Of a stretch of 64,000 bases of DNA, positions 24,855 through 36,951 are shown one piece after another. Every line of letters starts with the position of its first letter. Positions within the stretch are counted from its first letter, which is position 1. Made by a program: the position numbers and the translations under genes. Source of the DNA: Batkoa obscura (lineage: Eukaryota); the NCBI GenBank assembly GCA_030770535.1, contig JASVEC010000014.1:1054001-1118000 (forward strand), written 5' to 3'. Below the pieces are notes generated by a model. That model made no database searches. It was not told the origin of the DNA and saw only the letters and a list, made by a program, of their open reading frames with translations.

Positions 24855-26231
24855 CTATTTTATTAATGTAATCAATGGATCCTTGTTTAAAATATTCATA
24901 GTTTCTGTTTTGTTATATTCAAACCGAACTTCGATAAATTGAAATAATATAGGACTACTAAGGCTGTATACTATTTTTTCTTTATATTTTTTAAAAGTGA
25001 ATTTCTTGAATGTAACCGACTCAATGTTAGGAAATAAATATAAAGCATCAAAAATATCTTGTAATGATACAAAGCAATTAATAAACGTTAACTGCTTTAT
25101 AAAGCTACATTGGATGAAATGTTGCTTATTTAAAGGTCGCTTGTGGTAATAAGTATTGGTATGCTTAATTTTCCTTAAATCAAAATCTCTCAGCGAAACT
25201 AATTTGTGAGGTTTAATGGGTTGTTCAACGAAACATAGTTCAATAGTGTGGATTGTTGATACTGAAGAAATTGAGCCTATAATAATTGGTAGTTCATCTT
25301 TTTCCGTTATACTTACTTTCTTCAAATTCACTAATGATTTCAAATCAATAGTTTCAAGCATTTTGTGATTGATATAACCTAAAGCTCTAATTTTTTGTTT
25401 ATCTATTTTATTAAGTGTTCTAAAATCGAACTCTCCATTGACTGTATCTATGTAAATCTCATTAAACCTTGATAAGTTTTTATGTTGTTCCAAGTACCCA
25501 TTGAAATACTTCAAAGTTACGTCAAATTTGGTTGGAGATTCATAAAGTACTATATCATGAAAGACACGATTATATAACCGCTTATAACACGTTACTGATA
25601 ACAGTTTTAAACTTTTTAATTCATCTAGTTGTTTTAATGAGTCTAGATCTACAATGGAGCTGAAATCTGAACAAATTTTCAATATTTTAAGCTTGTTTGG
25701 ATTGAGATAACTAACAACTTCATCAAGCTTATTTGTATTGAGATAGCCAATAGTCTCATCAAGTCTATATCTAAAACGCTCTATATGAAGATTTTCAATA
25801 TTATACAATGTAGGCTTAATGGTTAGTAAAAAAGTTATAAATTCAGATTTTTCACATGATATTTTTAGTTTAAGAGTTCTTAATCTAGGGAAAGAATTTG
25901 AAGCTATTGCCAGACCCAATTCGTTCAAATTATTATAACAATGTATAGATAGACTAGAAATATTTGGACACAATTTAAGATATCGGATATTGTTATTGGA
26001 AACTACACTTAAATGATTCATATTGTTTCCGTTCCTAGTTATAAATTCATCTCGAAATTTATCATCAATATAGAATTCAGGAACTAAGTTACACTTTTTA
26101 TTAAATATCATCCTAGAAATAAATTTATTAAAAAATTTATTCAAAGTACTAAGCTTAATTAATCCATATGGGGGTATTAGATCAAATATCTCCTCTAAAA
26201 TAATATCTGGTAAATCCTCAAATTTAAGCAT
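24855..26231 (-). CDS. F-box / leucine-rich-repeat (RNI-like) protein, intronless
   Basis: N-terminal FEDLPDIILEEIFDLIP...LIKLSTLNKFF F-box, then CPNISSLSI, FPRLRTLKL, FPNIESVTF LRR-like repeats. First ATG at 26231. Confidence 0.75.
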   Translation of the reverse strand: MLKFEDLPDIILEEIFDLIPPYGLIKLSTLNKFFNKFISRMIFNKKCNLVPEFYIDDKFRDEFITRNGNNMNHLSVVSNNNIRYLKLCPNISSLSIHCYNNLNELGLAIASNSFPRLRTLKLKISCEKSEFITFLLTIKPTLYNIENLHIERFRYRLDETIGYLNTNKLDEVVSYLNPNKLKILKICSDFSSIVDLDSLKQLDELKSLKLLSVTCYKRLYNRVFHDIVLYESPTKFDVTLKYFNGYLEQHKNLSRFNEIYIDTVNGEFDFRTLNKIDKQKIRALGYINHKMLETIDLKSLVNLKKVSITEKDELPIIIGSISSVSTIHTIELCFVEQPIKPHKLVSLRDFDLRKIKHTNTYYHKRPLNKQHFIQCSFIKQLTFINCFVSLQDIFDALYLFPNIESVTFKKFTFKKYKEKIVYSLSSPILFQFIEVRFEYNKTETMNILNKDPLITLIK

Positions 26232-27147
26232 CGTATTCAACAGCAAAAGATGAATTTTTTAAAATAGTTTTTTTAAAAGGTTATTTTTTATGATGTTTTT
26301 AGAAAATCTAACCAATTATATTATAAGTAACTTTCAAACTGCTGAACAGATAAAGCTGATATTTACAAGAAACCTGAAATTATAGTCAAGTTATAGATTG
26401 CTATATTAGCAATGATATGATAATACAACAAACTAAAACAATTTGACATAGCCCTTAGAAATGTATATATTGTAATTCATTATTGATTCATAACAAAATG
26501 ATCCCAAGAACCGAAAGTAATTTGATAATTCGAATTTAGTATTGATAAGTGTAATATGTTGATTAAATGTTGATTAAAAACGAAATAAGAGCAGCTAGTG
26601 ATTCTTTATAACCAATATTGACGGTAATTTTCACAATCAAATTATAATGTTGATAAAAAAGCTAATAATTGATAAATACTTTATATTTATCAGTTAATAT
26701 TTTAAATAAAGTGTAACCATTTATATAACAAGTAAACCTCAATCTCAATGTTCTTTATAAAGAGTTTCTAAATATAAAGAGTCTCTGCTACCAGTAAACA
26801 ATTTTTTTAATAAACCTGCTACTTAAGAAATACTTTATATGCTTTATAGTATTATGTCTATGAAACGTTGCACTCAAATATCTTCGTGAGTAAAAGGATT
26901 ATAGCTAACATCACCTTGGAGCTTATCAATTATGTAATGTACTCTCATATCAAGTATTATAATGAGATAAAAATGGAACGTTATTAAAGTCCGAATATGA
27001 ATACAAGCAAGTCAGCTTTAATTGAATTTCAAACAAGTAATAATAATAACTATTATTGCATTGTAAAGACATTTTGCTATTAATAAAAAAATTACAAAAA
27101 AATTGGTTATAAATTCGTAGATAGCTAAACTTGGTATAATCAAAAAT

Positions 27148-27850
27148 GGGGATGTCAGAATCGGTTTCAGAATTTATTTAAAAACCAATGCAGCTTTGAA
27201 GTTTTTAAATTTATAAGTCCTTAACATGATTAGTCAAATTTAACTTAAAGAACTTATTTTAATTGATTTATTTTTAGTAAATAATTGATTTTTTTAATTA
27301 TATACTCTATATTATTTTTATTAAATGTTTAATGGATTTATAGTATATAACATCTAAATATATAGTTCTTTGACTTTGTTTTCTATTAAAATAAAAACAA
27401 AATCTAAGCTTTTATAACTAATAACTAAACTTCGAAATGGAACTTTTAAAAATTTTGATACAGTAGAGAGAAGCTCATTATATAAACGTTATAACTCATC
27501 TAGATCAATTTCAACAACCATTCATAATAACTCAGAGTTTATGGAACTTTATGATAAGATAGAAGAAAGAAAAGATAAATTATCAAAGTTTAATATTAAT
27601 AATAAAACTTAATCAAGTAATATATAAAATTAGTAGTTTAAGGGAAACAAGAAATAAAAACTAACAAGTAGGGTTATTATCAACTATAGCTTCAGTATGT
27701 TCTTTCGATAAATGTAAAAGTTTTGGATTTAGTATAAATAAAAATCAATATTGTGGCTATTCTTTTTGGTTTCATTACTTTTTCATTTTTTAAGCACTAT
27801 TTGAGTAGAAAAATTGTTAGTAAAATTATTAAGTAAAAGAATATATTCCC
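27148..27850 (+). mobile_element. 5' fragment of the Sola-like element fused to a MITE
   Basis: Starts GGGGATGTCAGAATCGGTTTCAG (TIR); carries a decayed transposase N-terminus (ITKLRNGTFKNFDTV...); ends in a MITE at ~27752-27850; AAAT on both outer flanks. Confidence 0.75.
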
Positions 27851-27894
27851 AAATACTAAAGAAAAATAAAGTAGTCAATTTTTTTATAGAATGT

Positions 27895-29511
27895 TTAACG
27901 ATCAGAAATTTCATCTTTGAAACCTTTACATTCTTCATAGTACTTCTTAGGACTCATCTCGTGTAAAAGCTTTACAAACGCATCCATTTTACAAAAAGTG
28001 CCGCCTAGCTCTGGATGATGGTTTCCTGATTTAGCGCAATGTGGTAGAGTCAACACTTGGTCGTTATACTTTACTCGTACATAATAGTTCTCTTGACTAT
28101 TGGCGATCTGCTTTTGATTCGATTTATGTTGCTTATCTTCAAACAATTCGACCATAGCCTATAAATTATTAAATATTTTGCTCAAATGACTATAAATTAA
28201 CTTACAATAGATCCATAAGCTGGCCATTTGTTATCAAATGCACCTAACCCGATGACAAATGGTCCGACAGTACTATTAAAAAATTAGCAATTAAAACTTT
28301 AATCAAAAAATAAAATTATATAAAATACTTACGTATCATGTCCAGAAAAGAATGACAACTTAGCCTCATTTTGTTCTTTATTCTCCACTGCTTGTTGAAG
28401 GTGATAATTTATATCTTGATAAAACCTACCAATACCAAGCTTAACATTTTCTTTAGATTCAAGGAAACCTTTAAACCATAATTTGACTTCTAATTCATCT
28501 AATTTGGCATGGTGTTGTTCGGTATAACCATCCGGTAATTTTATACCATGAGCATAAGCGGAACTAATAGTATCATAGACTTTATGGATGGCAGTAGGAT
28601 GATCAAATTCTTTAGATTTTAGATCATCAGCCAATGAAGTTTCATTAATTAATAATTCTCTAAATGTTTGCCATTCTTTCTTCAATTCTGGTCGATAACT
28701 TAAATCAAACTCTTTTTTCAACTGCACTAATCTGTTACAAGTGAAATCCATAAACATGGTTTCATCTTTATGGGTACGTGATCGAATGATAAGATCGGTG
28801 ATTGTGTTAGTATTTATATTAGGGTAAAAACCAAATAATAAATGATGTAAAGAGTCGATAGTACGTGGATAATCTGTTGAACGTAAATAAACTTGATTTT
28901 GTTTCAATTGGTCGAAATTTTGTGGGACGAATTTTAAATGATCTACATAAATCCTTTTTAGTGCTTCACCATGTTGATATAAAGTAGAACGTCCTATGTC
29001 TGTTAACTGTCCATAAGAGCTAAATAAAAGTTACCATTTAAAATTTTTATATGTTAAAAAACATCTTATCTTACCAAGTAGCAGTATTAAAATGACTAGT
29101 TGAGTTTCTTGGTTTTGGATTGTAAGTTTTTCCATGACCATCTACTCCTTCCATTACTTTATGATAAACAAGTGGGCTATTTTCCTGATCTGAACCTAAC
29201 AGACGAGAGTCTGGATTGGATGGTTTCAATAATAAAGAACTTCCTTTGTTACTAGAATTACATAAATTCCATTTTAAAGGGAACAAATTTGGCATACGTG
29301 GACTTAATGGAGTTCTATCACCTTAAAAACAAAATGTTATGTTTTTTAAAATGGAATTAAAAGCCCATTTACCATGTCTATGTACAATGAGTAAGTGCTT
29401 CAATTCCAAATTAGAAGGATATAATTTCTTTAAAGTTTCGAAATCACTCTTTGGAGAGTTGGCTCTAGGCAATACAAACTCTTTTTGTTTTATTTCGGTG
29501 GTACTCGTCAT
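27895..29511 (-). CDS. Histidine acid phosphatase (ACP6-like), multi-exon
   Basis: LIVHRHG/DRTP, GQLTDIG, YLRSTDYPRTIDS, FFSGHDT, WPAYGS and YYVRVKYN motifs. Confidence 0.9.
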
Positions 29512-30190
29512 GGTTATTGTTAAAAATTTTGAGTTTCTATTTAATTTATTTTTTATAAGATTAATGTGATGTAATCTTATCGAAAATTACAAATTAGTAG
29601 CCAATTAGAAAGCTGATTTATAATCCAAATTCAAACATTGAACTTTAACTATTCCAGAACAAGAAGGTAGATTCATATTATTAAGCAAGTTGTATTAACT
29701 TAAATTTAACCACATGCATTATAATAATATTTGTTGAGCTAAAACTTTATTGTTTTAGGCTAATATACTCCATTATACTGTTTGATAGTTTGACAAATAT
29801 AGCCTGTGTATGTTTATTATTGTTATTTTGTCCATTCATATAATATAAAATTAATTTTTTTTGATTAAATACCAATTAAAAAAGTGTTGTCATTTATTGA
29901 TATTTGAATGGCAGTTGCTACTAAGCTCTGTTGGAGTGGTTTTTATTAATCTTTCGAGCTTCGAAGGAGCAAATTTTGCAGGTTTTTTCTTTATGAAGGC
30001 TAGGAAATAAATATAAATGCGTAGGTAAGTGTGGGCTGAAGGGAAATAAAGAGCGAAAAGCAGGAGTTAGACCAATGATAGGCATTTAAGAGATAAACCT
30101 ACTTCTTTATAACAGAAAGTATAATTTGTATCCTTTATAATATTACTTAAAAAATGTGATAAAAAATAATTTTTTTAATATTTAACATAT

Positions 30191-30744
30191 GGGGATGATT
30201 TTTTTGATTTCATTACTTTTTCCACCTTTTAAGCGCTATCCAAGCGGAAAATTTGTTAGTAAAATTCTTAAACACAAAAATACATCCCCATATATATTTC
30301 AAATAAGTATAATATAAGATATGATCAACTTAACTGATGAAAAATAAAGTATTATAGAGTTCAACAATATCCTTAGGTTTAGCTATTAGAATTTTATTTC
30401 ACTAAAAAACCAACGTCATAAAATTCTTTGAAAGGTTTATAAGTAAATTGAAACTTTTATTGAATATTTCAAATAAAATAATAACTATAAGAGGATGTAT
30501 TTTTGTGATCAAGAATTTTACTAACAAATTTTCCACTTAAATAGCACTTAAAAATGGAAAAAGTAATGAAGTCAAGAAAAACACTTCCATAAAATAATTT
30601 TTAAGAAAACAAAAAACAAAAACCAATTTAACAAGTTTATAAATATATAAGTATTTCTTCTGGTTTTCCTACTTTGCCCATTTTTCAAGCGCTATCTGGG
30701 TGGAAAATTCATTAGAAAAATTCTTGGACAAAAAATATATCCCC
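30191..30744. mobile_element. Cluster of three ~98-bp MITEs
   Basis: 30191-30289 (TSD ATAT), 30491-30588 (TSD ATAA), ~30647-30744 (degenerate left end). Confidence 0.85.
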
Positions 30745-31227
30745 ATATATAAATATTCTAAATTATTTGTATTTCATTAGCTTTGATACTATTAATCTAA
30801 ATTAAAATTAAATCAAAAATAATTTCATAATCAAGTTTATGCACGATATATAATCATGTTTTCTTGTTTAATGATAATATTCATAATAAGTAATATTTAA
30901 TTCATGACTCAATGTCTAATATTAAATCAAAATATTCAATATTTTGAATATAAATTATTATTCATTATTAAACAAAGTACATGAACCAATGTTTTTGTAT
31001 GTAGCAAATTAAAATTATGCCTTTATATTTCGTAAAATAGATAGTAGATAGTTATAATATTTATGAAAGCAAGAAAGTATGAAAGTTACTTGAATTTCAT
31101 GTACAATCCATATTTCTTTATGCTTCTTCATATTTTACTATTGATACTATAAATTCTTAAATTTCATCTAAAAATAATCAAAGCTCAATCTAATTTTTCA
31201 ACTTTTTAGTTTTTACTTGATTTGAAA

Positions 31228-32340
31228 ATGGTTGATTTAAAATTTAAATATAAGATTACATAAAACTAACCTCGATTTTAGTCCAGAGTTGAACTATTGA
31301 GTATTGAAGGTACTATAATTAATGTCTCAAGTATAATACCAACTAAAATTTAGGTTTAAGAGTTGATGGCAGGCGACCAAATGAGCTAAGAAAACTAGTG
31401 TCTAAAGTAGGAGTATTAGGAGATGCTGATGGATCAAGTTATTTAGAATTGGGAAACACTAAAGTGTTAGCAACAGTTTATGGACCTAGAGAGGTAAAAT
31501 TGGACATGTTTAATCAATTAGAATTAGATTAAATTCAAATAAATTCTAAATAGCCAAGAAAAAGATCAGCCATTTTACATGATAGAGCATTTATTAATGT
31601 AGAAATTAATGTTTCTCCATTCAGTACCAGTGAACGTAAAAAGCGTAGTAAAAATGACAAGTATTTAACATCTTTTATTGTATTTGAAACATGAAATTAA
31701 TTCTTTTAGGCGCATTATGGAGATGGCCCAATCAGTTAAACAAACGTTTGAGCCCATCATCCTTACCCAATTATCATCCCGTTCACAGATTGACATTTTT
31801 TTACAGATTTTACAGGATGATGGCGGTAAATCTAAATGAATTCATTTTTTTATATTCAAATATTTATAAAAACAGGTATCCTCCAAGCCTCTATTAATGC
31901 AGCAACACTTGCTTTAATCCATGCTGGTGTACCAATGAGTGATTATGTATGCGCTACTTCTGCAGGTTTTATAGAAAATACTGCAGTGCTTGGTATGTAT
32001 TAAATAAGCTAATATTGAAAAATAATTAACCCATTTTAGATATTAATCAAATTGAAGAGAGATCCTCCCAGTCGCCAGAGGTAACGGTAGCTGTCTCACC
32101 ATTGAGTGGAAAAGTTATATTGTTACAGGTAAAGAATGGGCTAAATTCTAGTGTTAATATTGAATTTTTATATAGATTGAATCTAAACTGCGTAATGATA
32201 ACTTTCAAGAAGTAATGGAGCTTGCGATTCATGGTTGTCAACAAGTTAAAGAGATTTTGGATTCAACCGTGAGATCAAATACTACTTTACTTGCAGAAAA
32301 CAATAAGAAGAATTCAAATAAGCCAACCAAAACTTACTAA
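31228..32340 (+). CDS. RRP41: Exosome complex RNase PH-like subunit Rrp41/Ski6
   Basis: ATG-only first coding exon 31228-31230, then [78 protein letters not shown]; stop 32338-32340. Confidence 0.93.
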
Positions 32341-32469
32341 GTTATAGAGCTAAAAGTGTTGATTAAATAGAATAAGTATTACAATAGCAAGTTTCAGATA
32401 CTATGTAATTTTTTTAGTTCGCTTTATTAAAAAAGAATAATTGAATTTTTGAAATAATATTCCCAAGCT

Positions 32470-33476
32470 TTTTATTAAGCATGATTACTTAATGTATATG
32501 TTTTCTATTGATTTTTATAAAGCTAATGAAGCTTTAGCTAAGCTCTCTATTTCAAATGTATACTACAAAATGATAATCTTTCGTTCAGTAAATTATTTCT
32601 CTTACAATTGTTTTTTCTTTCAAAGAAATGCTACCAGAAAATGAGCCTTTTGAGTCAAAACGTTATGAGCTATTAAGTGTTTTATATGATTTTTTTATGT
32701 TGGCTTTGGTATAGCATTATTTACATTTTGCTGTAGAAAGTATTATAGAATAACTCAAACTATTTTAAAAAGGGCCTTTTTTATGTTCCACCTCTTTCAC
32801 ATCGCCAACATTTTTTAATTTAATTGTGTTTTCAGCTAAGTTTTTTTTGATCGATGCATTTTCCCATCACAATCCTTCTCTAAAAATTATTATGTTTTAC
32901 AGCTTATACATTAAGTATAATTCTCCTTATTTCTAAAAGGGGGAATATGTTTTAATCAACGCTAGCACATGGGATTTTTTTTTGGTTTCATCACTTCCAT
33001 TTCTCAAGCACTATTTGAGTGGAAAGGCTATTAGTAAAATTTTTCAACAAAAAAATATATCCTCATATTTTACAATACGCTGTTATTTGCCCTTCGATAC
33101 TCACTATTAGAGCATCAGGCGCCAAATAGTGTTCATTCTTGAAGTAGGTTGGCTTCAAGTATAATTATTCCATCTCTTCCTTTTTTAATATTTTATTAGC
33201 TTCTAACTTACCACCTATTTAACTACTAAGTCAGACAAACATGTTTTTTCTGGCAATTTATCTTCAACTCGCAAGCTTTCGTCTTTTTATGTACTATGCA
33301 GTTTATTATTTTTGTTCTTCTATCTTGCTTCAAAGCACATCTTAACTCCTGTTAAAAAGCTGATTTCAATATTGTAATTGACTTATTAAACAATTTGGAC
33401 ATGTCTATAAGACTATTAACATACCTGTAAGTAGTAATTTTAATACTGGATTGATTACTGTGTCTGTAGATGATAT
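32470..33476 (-). pseudogene. Full-length decayed duplicate of ZNRD2 (unit 1), with a MITE at 32971-33064
   Basis: Colinear nucleotide similarity to 38801-39752, e.g. ACAGCTTATACATTAAGTAT vs ACAGCTTACACATAAACTAT and AAAGCTAATGAAGCTTTAGCTAA vs AAAGCTAATAAAGCTTTGGCTAA; start ATG mutated to ATA; no long ORF. Confidence 0.85.
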
Positions 33477-33584
33477 AGTTTCAATCTCAAGTTTGAATAC
33501 GAGAAAGCTGAAGGTTGTGAAAGTTCATGTTCATGGTAATCTTTATAGGCAAAAATTTAAACCATTCTTTAATACTTGAAGACT

Positions 33585-33607
33585 AGCCAATTAAAAACCG
33601 ATTTTGA
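33585..33607 (+). promoter_or_regulatory. Conserved CCAAT-like promoter motif AGCCAAYYAAAA..ATTT(T)G upstream of ORF A
   Basis: The same motif occurs at 36847 and 39854, and partially at 41336. Confidence 0.55.
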
Positions 33608-33921
33608 TACTATTTTCCATGTTATTAGTAAAAGTGCTACGCGTTTAATCCCAAATTGCCGATTTGTTTGATATTTCTGCCAGGTTATTAAAAACTATAG
33701 TAGTACAATTAATGTAAATTTGATAATTTTAAGCAGATTAAAATGCATCTGTTTACAGTAACAAAACTCATAAAATATACATTTTGATTTGTAGAAAGTT
33801 AGTTAATTTGAAAAGTTTAATTGGCAAGGAGCTTTTAGAAGCCTTCCAAAATTGAATTGGAAATACTGTAGAGATGATTCCTCATTATCTTTATTTAAAC
33901 TTAAATAATATTCAATTTAAA

Positions 33922-34944
33922 ATGAAATCGAAGCCGAAACGTATAAGTAATGAAGACAGGGAAAGGATTGTTGACTCCTATATCAATGGATCGCGTCAAC
34001 AAGAAATTGCTAAAATAATGGGCTTTAGGCCTAGGACTGTTTATACTATTATAAAGAAATATATTGATGGAGAGGATTATACTATAAAAGCAAGCAGGGG
34101 AGAAGGAGGAGAAATGAAGAAGAAAATTATGCCAGAATCCCAAAGGAAAATGATTCAGTCTTGGGTTGATGAAGATTCCACTATGTCAATAAATGCAATA
34201 AAAAAGAAATTGATGAATGAAATAGAGATCAAAGTAAGCGCAGACATTATAAGCAGAAGCTTAAATGACTTTAATTATTCTTTCAAACGTATCAATTTAG
34301 CATCTCAAAACAATGACACCCTTACTTTAGAATTTAGAGCTTTTTATGCCAATAACTTCATAAATGACATATTGAAGCTTAATGACTCTAGAGTTATTTT
34401 TATAAATGATGCAACATTCAACATTACAATGCGTACAATTAATAGAATAACTAAGAAAAAAATAAAAGTTGATCCATTTAACAATATGCTCCGTAAAAAA
34501 AACGTATCGATATGTTGTGGTATGAATAAAACCGAAATTATTGAATGGCAAACTCAACCAAAGCGCTTCAGTACTGAATCATTTTATCAATTTATTAAAT
34601 CAATTCTTTTTAAACTTACTCAAAAGAATATTAAAGAAGCAGTGATAATTATGGATCATGAGTACATTGAAAAAGATCTAAAGATCAAAGAATCCATTGA
34701 AGCAAGCGATCACACGTTAATTTGCTTACCACCTTATTCTTTGTTTCTAAATCCTATTGAATATATGTATGCTAAATGGAAACAATTAGTCAGGGCAAAT
34801 GGTCCACAAAATGAAGATGAATTATATAATGTTTTCAACAGTGCTTTATCAGAAATAACTCACACTGATTGTAAAGATTTCTATGAGCGTATGCTCGATT
34901 TTTTGCCTAAATGTATAGGAAAAGAAGAAGTACTTTATGAATAA
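33922..34944 (+). CDS. IS630/Tc1-derived protein A (HTH + winged helix + DDE_3-like domain, ND34E), probable domesticated transposase
   Basis: EDRERIV..Y..G...EIAK..G...RTV..II HTH; YSFKR linker; VIFINDATF, IIMDH and LPPYSLFLNPIE with 34-aa D-E spacing; no TIR or TA TSD seen. Confidence 0.85.
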   Translation: MKSKPKRISNEDRERIVDSYINGSRQQEIAKIMGFRPRTVYTIIKKYIDGEDYTIKASRGEGGEMKKKIMPESQRKMIQSWVDEDSTMSINAIKKKLMNEIEIKVSADIISRSLNDFNYSFKRINLASQNNDTLTLEFRAFYANNFINDILKLNDSRVIFINDATFNITMRTINRITKKKIKVDPFNNMLRKKNVSICCGMNKTEIIEWQTQPKRFSTESFYQFIKSILFKLTQKNIKEAVIIMDHEYIEKDLKIKESIEASDHTLICLPPYSLFLNPIEYMYAKWKQLVRANGPQNEDELYNVFNSALSEITHTDCKDFYERMLDFLPKCIGKEEVLYE

Positions 34945-35214
34945 ATATGTATTTATGGTTTCATTGTCATTTAATTTTTAGTTATTTGAAAGTTCCATTT
35001 TTCAGATTTCGATCTATTATGTTGTATTTGTCTTTTGATGATAATTCTACAAAAACAGGTGATTTTAAAAGGATGATTTTAATATAAAATCGAATGTATA
35101 TGGATAGTAAATATAATGTTAGCACAATTCTTTGTAGTTATAGCACAATTCAATAACTTATCTATTTAAACTGAACCACCGCAAGTTGTTGACAGCTTAC
35201 TTTTTCTAGCTGTT

Positions 35215-35620
35215 TAGCACGGCTCAAGTAAACCAAAGAGGCCTCCACAATTTACAGCAGCAACAATAGCTATCACATATTCCCATTTAAAACTCATAAT
35301 TTCAAAAATAAAGACAGACTAATGCTTAGCACTATATGTGGACGTTTTTTTGGCTTCATCACCTTTTCCATCTTTTAAGCGCTATTTGAGTGAAAAATTT
35401 TTTGATAAAATTTTTAAACACAAAAAATACATCCCTATATTATCTTTTGGTCATAATTGAGATAGATAATGATAGCTTTTAGGAGGTCATAAAGCTTGAA
35501 ATCCGTTAATACCAACACTAGTTAAAAGTATATTGTGTCTCCGTGTGAAATTTGATATTAAGTTGATTGCAGTAAAAGTTAAGGAGTAGAAAAAGTCCAA
35601 ATAAATTCGTTAAGCCTCAG
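35215..35620 (+). pseudogene. Decayed duplicate of the RRP41 3' exons (unit 2), with a MITE at 35338-35436
   Basis: GATAATGATAGCTTTTAGGAGGTCATAAAGCTTG vs RRP41 CGTAATGATAACTTTCAAGAAGTAATGGAGCTTG; MITE TSD ATAT. Confidence 0.7.
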
Positions 35621-35734
35621 AGCTAATGGCATAGTTAAATAGATAAACTAAAGATAACAGATATAAATACAATTTTAAGCCTCGGTATTTTATTAAAGAA
35701 TAATGATATAATTTTAAAAGTCTGTTTAATCTAA

Positions 35735-36745
35735 ATAATTATTTAATACCGCTGTATTTTATATCGTTTTCTTTGTTATCTAATAGAGTTTACTTTAAAT
35801 GCTCTATCTCAGATACATTGCTATATAATAAAGAGTTATTGCTTAACAATTATATTTTTCTTCGTTTGTGGTTTTCCTGTCAAGGAAATGGTATTTGGAA
35901 AGGACCCTTTTAAGTAACATTCTTAGGTGGGCCTTTTTCTATTGGCTTTAGTATAGCATTAGAAATTTTAGTACACAAGATATGGGCATGTATTTGTGTT
36001 TAAGAATTCTACTAACAATTTTTCCGCTTAAATAGTGCTTAAAAAATGGAGAAATAAATGAAACAAAAAAAACACCCTTGTATATAAAAATATTTAGTCG
36101 ATATCTCCATAACACCTCCCTTTTATATACCAACTCTTTTTAGTCGCTTTTATTTTGTGTTTTATCTGGAATTTCAGGTAGGTTTATTCATGCGTATGGA
36201 CTGTTGTATTATGAGTCTTTTTTGAAACGTAGTTTGTTTCATAGCTCATATATAATCTATGCTTCTCTTTATTTCTAGCTAGTGGAGGATATGTTTAGTT
36301 AATTATCATTTTCAAATTAATGTACATTATTACCTCTTGATATTTGTTATTAGAGTATAAAGTGTGCAACATCGCTTGTGTTTAAAGTAATTTGGTTCGA
36401 CATATTTCATTCATGCCATTTCATTTCCTGTTAGGTCAACTTTCCTTTAACTTACCATCTCTTTAACTAGTAAGTGTAACAATTCTTTCTCTTTCTGGCT
36501 TTATCTTCAGCTTCCATAATTTTCTCCTTTTATGTCTATTCTTTTTTATCTCTGTCAGACAATGCAAAGCGCAATATTTTTGTTTTTCTACCTCATATCA
36601 AAGGACACTTTAATGTCACATAGTAGCCTGATTTGATTTGTTTGTTATGCTAACCAAATGACTTTGAAATATTCATTGGGTCATTGTTTTGTCTTTGATT
36701 AAACATTCAGATAAAAACTTTTTATTCTATCTGTTATTGAGCTAC
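35735..36745 (-). pseudogene. Decayed duplicate of ZNRD2 (unit 2), with a MITE at 35984-36079
   Basis: CTGTCAAGGAAATGGTATTTGGAAAGGACCCTTTTAAG vs CTGTCGAAGAAATGTTATGCGAAAATGATCCTTTTAAG; TTACCTCTTGATATTTGTTATTAGAGTATAAAG vs TTACCCCTTGACATTTGCTATTAGGACATAAAG. Confidence 0.8.
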
Positions 36746-36951
36746 TTTTAAGTATAGTTTTGTTTAGAAAAATTGAAAATATTAATCTTAAGGCAAAGTT
36801 AGCATAAAAGGGCAAAGTCATATAGCATTTTTCAAAATTCAAAACTAGCCAACCAAAAACAATTTGACCTTAGTTCTCTATGTATTTGAAAAATGATAGG
36901 CAATTATTTTTTGACATCATTAATAATTTAAACAATAGTTCAATATATAAA

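Noticed and set aside
31322..31353. Apparent 23-nt intron after an MSQ start in RRP41
   Set aside because: An upstream model (ATG at 31228) restores the conserved N-terminus with normal-length introns.
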